NCBI GenBank assembly: GCA_902761345.1
Contig: CACWKD010000005.1
Location: 15,892-79,891, forward strand
Source: an uncultured Ruminococcus sp.
Lineage (GTDB): Bacteria; Bacillota; Clostridia; Oscillospirales; Acutalibacteraceae
DNA length: 64,000 nucleotides
Direction: 5' to 3'
This document shows, in pieces, positions 51,118 to 59,487 of this stretch. Each line of letters starts with the position of its first letter. Position 1 is the first letter of the stretch. The translations under genes and the position numbers were made by a program. The notes under the pieces were generated by a model. It ran no database searches. It was not told the origin of the DNA and saw only the letters and a list, made by a program, of their open reading frames with translations.

Positions 51118-52864
51118 CTTCGCCGCCCCCTTTCACCTGTGACTCATAAACCTCACGATAAATCGCATTATTTTTCAAGAGTTCCTCATGTGTTCCAAAT
51201 CCGTTAAGCTTACCGCCGTCAAGAACTATAATTCTGTCTGCGTCCTCAACCGAGGAAATTCTCTGTGCAATAATAAACTTTGTAGTATCGGGTATCTCCT
51301 CTGCAAAAGCCTTTCTGATAAGCGAATCCGTCTTAGTATCTACCGCACTCGTAGAGTCGTCAAGAATAAGTATCTTCGGCTTTTTGAGCAAGGCTCTTGC
51401 TATACACAAACGCTGTTTCTGTCCGCCCGATACGTTAGTACCGCCCTGTTCGATGTATGTATCGTATTTGTCGGGGAACTTCTCTATAAATTCGTCCGCA
51501 CACGCAAGCTTACAGACTCTTTTGATTTCCTCATCTGTTGCATCGGGATTACCCCAGCGGAGATTTTCTTTAATCGTACCCGAGAAAAGCACATTCTTCT
51601 GGAGAACCATAGCAACATTATTTCTGAGCGTTTCGAGGTCATAATTACGCACATCTACTCCGCCTACGATGACCTTACCCTTTGTAGCGTCATAAAGTCG
51701 TGGAATAAGCTGTACAAGGCTCGATTTTGAAGAACCCGTACCGCCGATTACGCCTATTACCTCACCCGACTTTATATCAAGGTCAATATCGCTCAAACAA
51801 TATCTGTCGGACGCATTATAGCTGAATGATACTCCCTCAAACTTTACAGAACCGTCCTTTACTTCCATTACAGGATCATCGCCGTTTGTAAGGTCGGATT
51901 TCTCGTCAAGCACCTCGCATATTCTCTCTGCCGATGCTTTTGAAATTACTATCATCATAAATATCATAGAAAGCATCACCAGACTGATAAGCATCTGCAT
52001 TAAATACGAATACAGACTTGTAAGCTGTCCCGTTGTAAGTCCTGCGTCGGGGTTATTTCCCGAGGCTACAATGAATTTTGCGGAAAGCCAAGACAGACAA
52101 ATCATACTTCCGTAGATGACAAGCTGCATAACAGGCATATTAAAGATAATAATTTTCTCTGCTTTTATAAACAAGTCGTATATCTTGCCTGATACGTCTT
52201 TAAACTTCTTATCCTCGTAATCCTCTCGTACGAATGTTTTAACAACTCTTATACCGTGAAGATTTTCCCCTACAATATTATTAAGCTTATCGTAAGTCTT
52301 AAACACCTTTTCAAAAATCGGGTGTGCGTTTGACATTATTATAAAAAATGCTACTGCAAGTATCGGTACTGCAAGCAGATACATCAGCGAGATAGTTTTG
52401 TTTATTCTGAACGCACTTATCATACAGAATATTATCATCGCAGGACTTCTGAAAGCTGTACGAACTATCATCATATAAGCGTTTTGTACGTTAGATACAT
52501 CGGTAGTAAGTCTTGTAACTAAACTTGAAGTCGAAAACTTATCTATATTTGAGAAAGAGAACCCCTGTACATTATAGAACATGTCTCTTCTCAGATTTTT
52601 TGCAAAGCCTGCCGCAGCTTTTGCCGCAAAAATTCCTGCCAACGCACCGCACAACAGCGATAAAAGACACGCTGTTACAAGCTTCGCACCCGTAAGCCAA
52701 ACATATGACATATCTCCCGGGTTTATTCCGAAGTCAATAAGCTCAGCCATTAGCCTCGGAATTATAACTTCAAGTATAACCTCACCGACAACTGTGATCG
52801 GTGCAAGTATTGAAAAAAGCCAATATTCCCTTACGCAGCCTGCAAGCTTTTTTATCATACACAT
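51110..52864 (-). CDS. ABC exporter, fused permease/ATPase half-transporter, partner of 49006..51117. The start is more likely MIKKLAG at 52858.
   Basis: Walker A GGTGSSKSS, signature VSGGQKQRLCIARA, Walker B ILDDSTSAVD. RBS AAAGGAGAG. Confidence 0.9.
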   Translation of the reverse strand: MCMIKKLAGCVREYWLFSILAPITVVGEVILEVIIPRLMAELIDFGINPGDMSYVWLTGAKLVTACLLSLLCGALAGIFAAKAAAGFAKNLRRDMFYNVQGFSFSNIDKFSTSSLVTRLTTDVSNVQNAYMMIVRTAFRSPAMIIFCMISAFRINKTISLMYLLAVPILAVAFFIIMSNAHPIFEKVFKTYDKLNNIVGENLHGIRVVKTFVREDYEDKKFKDVSGKIYDLFIKAEKIIIFNMPVMQLVIYGSMICLSWLSAKFIVASGNNPDAGLTTGQLTSLYSYLMQMLISLVMLSMIFMMIVISKASAERICEVLDEKSDLTNGDDPVMEVKDGSVKFEGVSFSYNASDRYCLSDIDLDIKSGEVIGVIGGTGSSKSSLVQLIPRLYDATKGKVIVGGVDVRNYDLETLRNNVAMVLQKNVLFSGTIKENLRWGNPDATDEEIKRVCKLACADEFIEKFPDKYDTYIEQGGTNVSGGQKQRLCIARALLKKPKILILDDSTSAVDTKTDSLIRKAFAEEIPDTTKFIIAQRISSVEDADRIIVLDGGKLNGFGTHEELLKNNAIYREVYESQVKGGGEDE

Positions 52865-52888
52865 CTCTCCTTTGAGTAATTTGCCGTG

Positions 52889-53329
52889 TCACTGACTTTC
52901 GGCATTTTTCTGTACTTTGGCGAGAACCTCATAGAATATGTCAAGCTTATCCTCGGGTATTCCCTTTGTCAAGCTATCCTCAAACTCTATCGTGCGTTTG
53001 TTGACTTCATCGCATATTTCAAGAGCCTTTTGAGTGAGTACAAGTTTTTTAAGTCTTGCGTCACGCTCAACAGAAACCCTCTCAATATAACCTTTTTTTT
53101 CAAGCAAAGATATTATACTTGATGAAGTTGAACGTCTGATGTAGAACTTTTCCTCTATGTCTTTTTGAAAAACGTCCTCGCCGTCATGGTCGAACAGATA
53201 CATCAGCAGCCAGCAGTTTGACGTTGTTATCTCGTCGCCGTACACGTCTTTACATCTGCCCGAAAATGCACGTCTTATGCAGTTTGAAACACGCTTCATA
53301 TCACGACCAACATATCTGTCACTATCCAC
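52889..53329 (-). CDS. MarR-family transcriptional regulator
   Basis: 146 aa with a winged-HTH region QKDIEEKFYIRRSTSSSIISLLEKKGYIERVSVERDARLKKLVLT. It sits first in the operon with the two ABC genes. RBS AGGAGG with a GTG start. Confidence 0.85.
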   Translation of the reverse strand: MDSDRYVGRDMKRVSNCIRRAFSGRCKDVYGDEITTSNCWLLMYLFDHDGEDVFQKDIEEKFYIRRSTSSSIISLLEKKGYIERVSVERDARLKKLVLTQKALEICDEVNKRTIEFEDSLTKGIPEDKLDIFYEVLAKVQKNAESQ

Positions 53330-53521
53330 AAAAACACCTCCTTTTTTCTTTTATAAAAAAATGTCAGTACACTAATAGTTCGTGTACTAACATTATAACT
53401 CTTTGATATAAAATATGTCAATTCATATGTAAAAAATGTACAATTTTCGTCAATATGCTGTAAAGTATTGATATTCAAGGGCATTTATTAGATCATCTCA
53501 CAAATACCCCTACCTACAATT

Positions 53522-53900
53522 TTATTTATCAATCTTCTCCAACAACTGCTCGATGACATCTGCACAATCATCGGGTCTTTGGGCAAAGATATAGTGATCT
53601 CCCCCCAAAAGCACCATCTCACAGTTACCCATTTTCTCTGTATAAGGCTTGATAACAGTATCTCTCATATTTTGCGACTGCTCAAGTGTTACAGAAATAA
53701 GCGACTTGTCAAAATTCACCGCCCGCTTCATTGAGCATATCAAACTCTTGTGCAAGCTTTATCTTGTTTACCGTAAAAACTACGGCTACAAACACAACAA
53801 ACACCATTAAAACTCCGAAGATTATTCTTTTAATGATTTTCCTTTTGTCAATTTCGTCTTGCTCATACCATTTTCCTCACTTTGTTTTACAATATACTGT
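53522..53900 (-). pseudogene. Remnant of a membrane-anchored alpha/beta-hydrolase. Only N-terminal anchor and C-terminal fragments survive, in different frames.
   Basis: One minus-strand frame gives ..YEQDEIDKRKIIKRIIFGVLMVFVVFVAVVFTVNKIKLAQEFDMLNEAGGEF*. A second frame (ORF 53522..53755) gives ..MVLLGGDHYIFAQRPDDCADVIEQLLEKIDK, a typical alpha/beta-hydrolase C-terminus. The catalytic core of about 200 aa is missing. Confidence 0.55.
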
Positions 53901-53923
53901 CCTTATCAAATACACCCCTAATA

Positions 53924-54580
53924 TCACACATTATCATCAGTATCGTTTTTTTCTGTATACCTTTTCAGTTTATTTGTTACACGTTCGAGCTGATCAACAT
54001 ACTCTTTTATTTTCGTTATTTCATTTTGACTGTACAGCCTTAGTCCCGAAACCAATACTGCAATAGATAGGAAAATCGCTCCGCATAATACACCTGCAAT
54101 AAAAGCAATAACTCCCTTAAAAACCGACTTTGACTCCTTTTGTTTATCAGATGATGTATTGCTTTCGTCCGCAGAACTTACTTCGGACGTACTATCCTCT
54201 GTTTTGCTTTCATCAGCGATACTGCTGTCTTCCGATTTACTGCTCACTTCAAAGATACCGCCCTCTTCTGTTGTAACGGTGCTTTCATCGCTGTCCGTGT
54301 TTTCTGTACTTTTTTCCTCACTCTTGTTGTTCTCTTCTCCAAAGATGTCGGAATTAGCGCCTTTTATAACATCAGGCTCACTTTGAACTTCTCCATCTTC
54401 ACCGTCTAATTCTTCATCATCGTACAAATAATCAGGCTCTTCTTCGTCTATGTAGTCATCATTGTAATCATCATACACATCGCCGTAATAGTAATCGTCT
54501 TCCGCACTTGCAGAAACACCGCCGAATATCAACAGCAGCGATACAGCAATACAATTAAGTATTAATAATAGTCTTCTCAT
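53924..54580 (-). CDS. Bitopic acidic protein. It has a signal peptide or TM, a Asp/Glu/Tyr-rich and Ser/Glu/Thr-rich ectodomain, a TM helix, and a short cytoplasmic coiled coil. It is the last gene of the candidate operon.
   Basis: MRRLLLILNCIAVSLLLIFGGVSASA, EDDYYYGDVYDDYNDDYIDEEEPDYLYDDEELDGEDGE, a second TM VIAFIAGVLCGAIFLSIAVLVSGL, and a tail NEITKIKEYVDQLERVTNKLKRY. RBS GGGGAG lies 27 nt after the upstream stop. Confidence 0.7.
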   Translation of the reverse strand: MRRLLLILNCIAVSLLLIFGGVSASAEDDYYYGDVYDDYNDDYIDEEEPDYLYDDEELDGEDGEVQSEPDVIKGANSDIFGEENNKSEEKSTENTDSDESTVTTEEGGIFEVSSKSEDSSIADESKTEDSTSEVSSADESNTSSDKQKESKSVFKGVIAFIAGVLCGAIFLSIAVLVSGLRLYSQNEITKIKEYVDQLERVTNKLKRYTEKNDTDDNV

Positions 54581-54607
54581 TGAAACTTCTCCCCAATATA
54601 GATTTTT

Positions 54608-57600
54608 TCAGAAACTTTCCGATATTATCCTGCCAACCTCAAAAAGATATACCGCATTGTGTATCATTTCAGGGTAAACATCGGCATTTGCAGCCCTCAT
54701 AAACGAGCTGTTCTTATCTTTAGAGATAATTCGTTTTGATATTTTCCTCTCATTCATCTTATCTACCAAAATATGCTCGTTTCCGTCGGGTATAAAGAAT
54801 TGTTCTATCTCCGAAACATACTCTTTTAGTTCTGCAAAAGGATTTTTAATAAAGTTTGCAGTTCTGTATCGCTGTTCTTTATTTTTATTGAGTTCATCTC
54901 CGCTCTTCAAAGGAGTAATATTATACTCTGCACACTTGTCACGTCTTAGCGGGTTTGTAATATAGTCCATATTTCGAGGGTCAATATATCTCCACTCTGT
55001 AACCGTTGTTTTGGTATCGTGCAAATGTACATTGTACAACTGAGAATTATCCGCACCACTGTTGTTAAAAGCGTCCGCATATACATCGAGTTTTTCAAGT
55101 CCTTTTAACAGCAGCTGTTTTGAATCGCCCTCAGGTACTTTAACGCTTACACTTATGTTGTATTTGCCGAAATACTTGTTTATCATCGAAATAAACTCGT
55201 TCGTAAACTTCTCAGCCAACAGCAGACCCTTTGAACCGCCGCCGTAGAAATTAAGGCTTACAGTAGCGTCTGTATGTTCGCAGGCATTCAGAGATGTTTG
55301 TGCAAAATCCTTTATAATAGGAATAAGTACGGCGTATCTGTAAAGGAGAGCCGATCTGATTTTAGGATCACACCCGTCAATGTTTATGTCGGCACATTCA
55401 AGTATCTCCATAAAAATATTCTCCCATGCAGCACTTTCAATATCTCCGCTGTCGTTTATATCACTGACAAATCTCTTTGCAAGCATACTTGCGTAATTTT
55501 GCAGAGGCTTTTTGTTTTCTTCCGACTTAGGCTCAAAGAAACCCGATACTCTTTCATTGCCGATCAAAAACTCTGTAATATTTCTCTCAAAGTCTTGCGG
55601 ATCACTCTTGCTGCCGCTATGTATCAGCATATCGAAAACCGCGCGTTTTAAAAGTTGCTTTCCCGCATACTCAATTGACGAATATCCGCAGAATGTTTTC
55701 GTATTGTTCACACAGTAAACTGCCGCCATATCCGTAGTCGAGTCGCCAATATCTATACCGATTATCAGATTGTTGTTTGCCATACTGCTGCCCGAAATAC
55801 CATTTGTAATAGCAAGACTTTCATACAGCAAATAATTATTTTTGCAGGTTATTACACTGTTTATCTGCAAATCATGAAAAACATTCGTTTTGAAATTATT
55901 ACTTAAATGGTAAGTAATAATATGATACAATTCCCTGTAATCTTCATTTGGAAACGACTGTATAAAAACAGCCTCCTCGCAGTTTGACGCTATCACATGA
56001 CACAACGCAGTATAAAACAGATTATAGATCATAGCTTGCAGAGTGTTATTAATAGTACCTGTTGAATTTGCAAGCAATGATTTATTTACGTCGCATATTT
56101 TCAAACCCTTTTCCTCAAATTTTGAGAAATGCCTATGGAAAGGCAGAAAAACATTGTCAAACGACACATCGCTAAACGGCTTGTCACAATACTCGATAAG
56201 AGCCGACGGAACAGAGCCGTTTTTCTCATACAGCGAGGGCATATTCAAAAAGTATGAATATCTCTCATTATCAAAGCTGCCGATAAGCTCACGGACAATA
56301 TTTGTTCCGCCCGTAATATCATCTAACAAACTTCCTCCGTTACCTATTTTATAGCCGACTGCACTTGAACTGCTGCCAAGATCCATATAAATATACATCG
56401 TGCTTTTCGGCTCGATTTTTACCGAATTAATATCAAACGATGTTATTTTATCTTCCTCAAGCAGAGGCGGCGTACACTCGTTACCCAATTTATGGATATT
56501 GATTATACAGCCTGCATAGCGATTTTCTCCCGAATATTTTGTTTTGCACAAGCTTACTTTAAATACATGTATCGGCTTATCGGAAGAATAAATATAAATC
56601 TTGTCACCGCTGTATGACTGTTTAAAATCCACTTCGCTGAGTTCAAGATTTTCTGCCGTACCGCCGTTTGATAAGCTTACGTTTAAATCGTAAAAATAAT
56701 TATACGATTTGCAGCGATATTCATATTCAATAGGTATGTCGGGATATGTACAAAATGTTCCTACACCGTCTGCACTCTTTATATTATCTCCGATATATTG
56801 TTTCTCATCTGTAAAATAATACGGTACTTTAAAGCTATCTGCATTCTCTTGACCAATATCTTTAAAAGATACTTTATAGCAAAATTTTCCACTTACAGTA
56901 TACTTTTCGGAAATTTCTTCATCATAGGTATGCTGCATAACTATGTTTTCTACCGATGTAATATTTCTTTCGATATCCTCTGCAAAATTCTTTTTCAACG
57001 GGTACAGAGCCACACACTTTCCGTTTACCTTTGATACATAAATATCATCGCAAAGAACATTATCCGACAAAACGGCATTTTCTATATCATAAAGCTTTAG
57101 AAAACCAACCGAACTATACGGTACATCTTCGCTGAAATTTATATCGCACTGTACAGCCGATAAAATAAACTCCCTTATCATCATAACGGGTAAATTCTCA
57201 GGGAGAGAATATGCCGAAAACTTTAGCTTTATTCGAAACGATACGGGTATCTGTGTGTTTATATACTTATCAAGGTTTTCTGTTTTTATAAGCTCCGAGA
57301 ACAGTTCCTCCCAGCCGTTGTCTTTACTCGCAATATGACGTGACGGGATTATGCAGTATCTGTTCGAGAAGCTGCCAATTGCAGTTCCTGTTTCATTTTT
57401 GACAAACTCATATACATAAAATTGATTTTTTGTATCTTCATCGGCAGAATTGCTTTGAGGGCAATTATCGTCCGTTTTGTCAAATAAAAACTTATTTTTC
57501 CAAACCCTCAAAAACGTATTATTCTCTATCGGATAACCGACTGTTTTAAGATGATAACCGTTATAAGAACCGTATATCATCATACATATTACAGCGGCAA

Positions 57601-57859
57601 CCCACCTTTTGAGTACGGGATTTCTGCCTAATTCACCTAAAACTTGTTTTTTATCTTGTGACCTTGAATACTTACCCCAAAGATTATCTATCGACCTCAT
57701 CGTATGGATAAAATGATCGTGTCCCTCAAAGCCTGTTCCTATCGAAAACTTGCGTTCGGCAAGCGCGGCATAATCCTTTACACTGCCCGATACTTTGTAA
57801 AATCTTGTGTCCCTGTAATCTGTACCGTCGTTGGTATCTCGTATGTTTGAAGTTACCAT
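54608..57859 (-). CDS. Giant (1083 aa) protein with a C-terminal actin/Hsp70-like (ASKHA) ATPase core; paralogue of 60549..64000
   Basis: The ordered motifs are IYMDLGSSSSAVGY (phosphate-1, about 56355-56390), LLYESLAI (EPxAA-like), IGIDIGDSTTDMAAV (phosphate-2, about 55717-55762) and NFYGGGSKGLLL (adenosine motif, about 55220-55250). Its start ATG overlaps the upstream stop (ATGGTAA). Confidence 0.75.
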   Translation of the reverse strand: MVTSNIRDTNDGTDYRDTRFYKVSGSVKDYAALAERKFSIGTGFEGHDHFIHTMRSIDNLWGKYSRSQDKKQVLGELGRNPVLKRWVAAVICMMIYGSYNGYHLKTVGYPIENNTFLRVWKNKFLFDKTDDNCPQSNSADEDTKNQFYVYEFVKNETGTAIGSFSNRYCIIPSRHIASKDNGWEELFSELIKTENLDKYINTQIPVSFRIKLKFSAYSLPENLPVMMIREFILSAVQCDINFSEDVPYSSVGFLKLYDIENAVLSDNVLCDDIYVSKVNGKCVALYPLKKNFAEDIERNITSVENIVMQHTYDEEISEKYTVSGKFCYKVSFKDIGQENADSFKVPYYFTDEKQYIGDNIKSADGVGTFCTYPDIPIEYEYRCKSYNYFYDLNVSLSNGGTAENLELSEVDFKQSYSGDKIYIYSSDKPIHVFKVSLCKTKYSGENRYAGCIINIHKLGNECTPPLLEEDKITSFDINSVKIEPKSTMYIYMDLGSSSSAVGYKIGNGGSLLDDITGGTNIVRELIGSFDNERYSYFLNMPSLYEKNGSVPSALIEYCDKPFSDVSFDNVFLPFHRHFSKFEEKGLKICDVNKSLLANSTGTINNTLQAMIYNLFYTALCHVIASNCEEAVFIQSFPNEDYRELYHIITYHLSNNFKTNVFHDLQINSVITCKNNYLLYESLAITNGISGSSMANNNLIIGIDIGDSTTDMAAVYCVNNTKTFCGYSSIEYAGKQLLKRAVFDMLIHSGSKSDPQDFERNITEFLIGNERVSGFFEPKSEENKKPLQNYASMLAKRFVSDINDSGDIESAAWENIFMEILECADINIDGCDPKIRSALLYRYAVLIPIIKDFAQTSLNACEHTDATVSLNFYGGGSKGLLLAEKFTNEFISMINKYFGKYNISVSVKVPEGDSKQLLLKGLEKLDVYADAFNNSGADNSQLYNVHLHDTKTTVTEWRYIDPRNMDYITNPLRRDKCAEYNITPLKSGDELNKNKEQRYRTANFIKNPFAELKEYVSEIEQFFIPDGNEHILVDKMNERKISKRIISKDKNSSFMRAANADVYPEMIHNAVYLFEVGRIISESF

Positions 57860-59373
57860 TTTGTCACCTCTTTTACAAATGCTTTAGAGGACGAAACTAC
57901 TGTTTTTATAATCGCAGCTATATCGCCCGAACTAACATTTATACTTCTGATAAGTTCATCTGTTAGGTTATTCAATCGTTCGTCTTTAATACTGCTGTTA
58001 AACGATCTTACAAATTTTACTATTTCATTTTGAACTGCATCAGGTGAACCATTATTTACAGCTTCAAGACAATTGTAATAAATTGGTGGAATTACAGCTG
58101 ATAACTGTGAGGAAGCGTCTATTTCTCTGAAAACTGCAATAATCGGTAAATAATTTTTCTCGAATATATTGTCAAATGTATTATTAAAACACCCTCTGAC
58201 TATCAGCGCCGAAATCAGAAAACCCAGGAATTTCTGCGTGTTCTTATCATCAAACAGATTGAAACTACTAAAGCTGTCGCCTTTGTCGCTGCCAAAGCCA
58301 TAAACTCCGCCGCCATTATAATTATCGTAGTGTTCAGCTATTTCTATCATTGAAACAGCACTCAATAAATTTACTATGTTTATTTTTGTACACTGACTGC
58401 CCGACAAAATCTTTGTTGAAGTTACATCGGGCGGTAAAAGTTTACTGCCGTTCGTTTTAAGATTAATAAAAGAAGCAGAAACAGTGCTATGCTCCGATTT
58501 TAAAGCCTCTATTAATTTTTCGGGATAGTCCTTTGGATTTAAGCCGCGATAATCATAATTTTCGGAAAACACTCTTGAATACTCTCTTTGGAGATTTACA
58601 ATATCTCCGTACATTCTGTTACGCTCCTCTAAAGAAGCATTACTGAATGCTTTTGCAATTTCGCTCGAATGTTCGGGAATATCAAAAATGTCGGTTTCTG
58701 CAAAGCCGATTGATCCAAAAGCGTCGGGATTATGAATAGGTATTTTCTCCGATTTTTTAGTTGAAGATGCGTTTAAAACATTGTACCTGAATATAACGCA
58801 ATCATGTTTGTTAGTAACTTTGGACACGGGAATTACATTTTCAAGCGGTATGAATGTAATCGCTGTACTATCAGAGCTGTAATCGCCTGTATTTATAATA
58901 ATTGTTTCTTTCTCAAAAGCGTTATTTGTTTCATTATCGGAATATAAAAGGTTCAATACATCTTTATCAGCGAAAAAGACCTCGCCCAATCTTGTGTTTC
59001 CGTGCATACCATAACGAATATTCTGTTTCATATCTATATCGGAACACCCAAGCGACAAAAGCTTTCTTTCTTTTTCGCTGTAAGTATCAGCAAGAGTTTT
59101 TTTAATATCGACCCTATTTGATACAATACCCGACAAGGTAACATTTTCGGGAAACACCATTTCGCTGTCCATAGGGTAATATTTTTTGTAATAATCGGAG
59201 TATACTTTTTTGAGTTCCGACAGTCTGCTGTTATCAGCCGTTTCGTTATTCAAACAAAGGGTTCTGACTATTATTTTATTGCAATTGCTTATCATACCCA
59301 TACAGGCAACCGAAATAAGTGCAGCGGCGTTTAATATTCCGCTTTCACCCCACGCATTTACTATAATATTCAT
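57853..59373 (-). CDS. Hypothetical 506-aa protein with no domain I can recognise; part of the candidate operon
   Basis: It has a long uninterrupted ORF with RBS AAGGAG 7 nt upstream and is translationally coupled to the downstream gene. There are no P-loop, TM or signal sequences. Confidence 0.6.
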   Translation of the reverse strand: MNIIVNAWGESGILNAAALISVACMGMISNCNKIIVRTLCLNNETADNSRLSELKKVYSDYYKKYYPMDSEMVFPENVTLSGIVSNRVDIKKTLADTYSEKERKLLSLGCSDIDMKQNIRYGMHGNTRLGEVFFADKDVLNLLYSDNETNNAFEKETIIINTGDYSSDSTAITFIPLENVIPVSKVTNKHDCVIFRYNVLNASSTKKSEKIPIHNPDAFGSIGFAETDIFDIPEHSSEIAKAFSNASLEERNRMYGDIVNLQREYSRVFSENYDYRGLNPKDYPEKLIEALKSEHSTVSASFINLKTNGSKLLPPDVTSTKILSGSQCTKINIVNLLSAVSMIEIAEHYDNYNGGGVYGFGSDKGDSFSSFNLFDDKNTQKFLGFLISALIVRGCFNNTFDNIFEKNYLPIIAVFREIDASSQLSAVIPPIYYNCLEAVNNGSPDAVQNEIVKFVRSFNSSIKDERLNNLTDELIRSINVSSGDIAAIIKTVVSSSKAFVKEVTKW

Positions 59374-59425
59374 TGAATTTCTCCTTGTACAAGATAAGAA
59401 GTATTACAAACATATACTTTTTGCT

Positions 59426-59478
59426 ATAAAAATCATACTCACCGCTGCAGTCTTATATCGTACAGCAACGATGAGTAT
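59426..59478 (-). terminator. Intra-operon hairpin with a U-tract (possible attenuator) between the 354-aa and 506-aa genes
   Basis: The minus-strand RNA reads AUACUCAUCGUUGCUG, loop, CUGCAGCGGUGAGUAU (16 positions: 13 Watson-Crick pairs, 2 G-U pairs, 1 mismatch), followed by GAUUUUUAU. Confidence 0.5.
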
Positions 59479-59487
59479 AGATTATTG

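Noticed and set aside
53731-54066. 111-aa plus-strand ORF spanning the hydrolase remnant and the end of the acidic membrane protein gene
   Set aside because: It is antisense to two better-supported minus-strand features and has no RBS or recognisable motif.
57853-59373. A tubulin/FtsZ-like or ParA-like identity for the 506-aa protein, based on the N-terminal IIVNAWGESGILNAAALI (a G-x-x-G pattern after a beta-strand)
   Set aside because: There is no GGGTG(S/T)G T4 signature at the expected distance, no T7 loop motif and no Walker A lysine. The resemblance rests on one short glycine pattern only.
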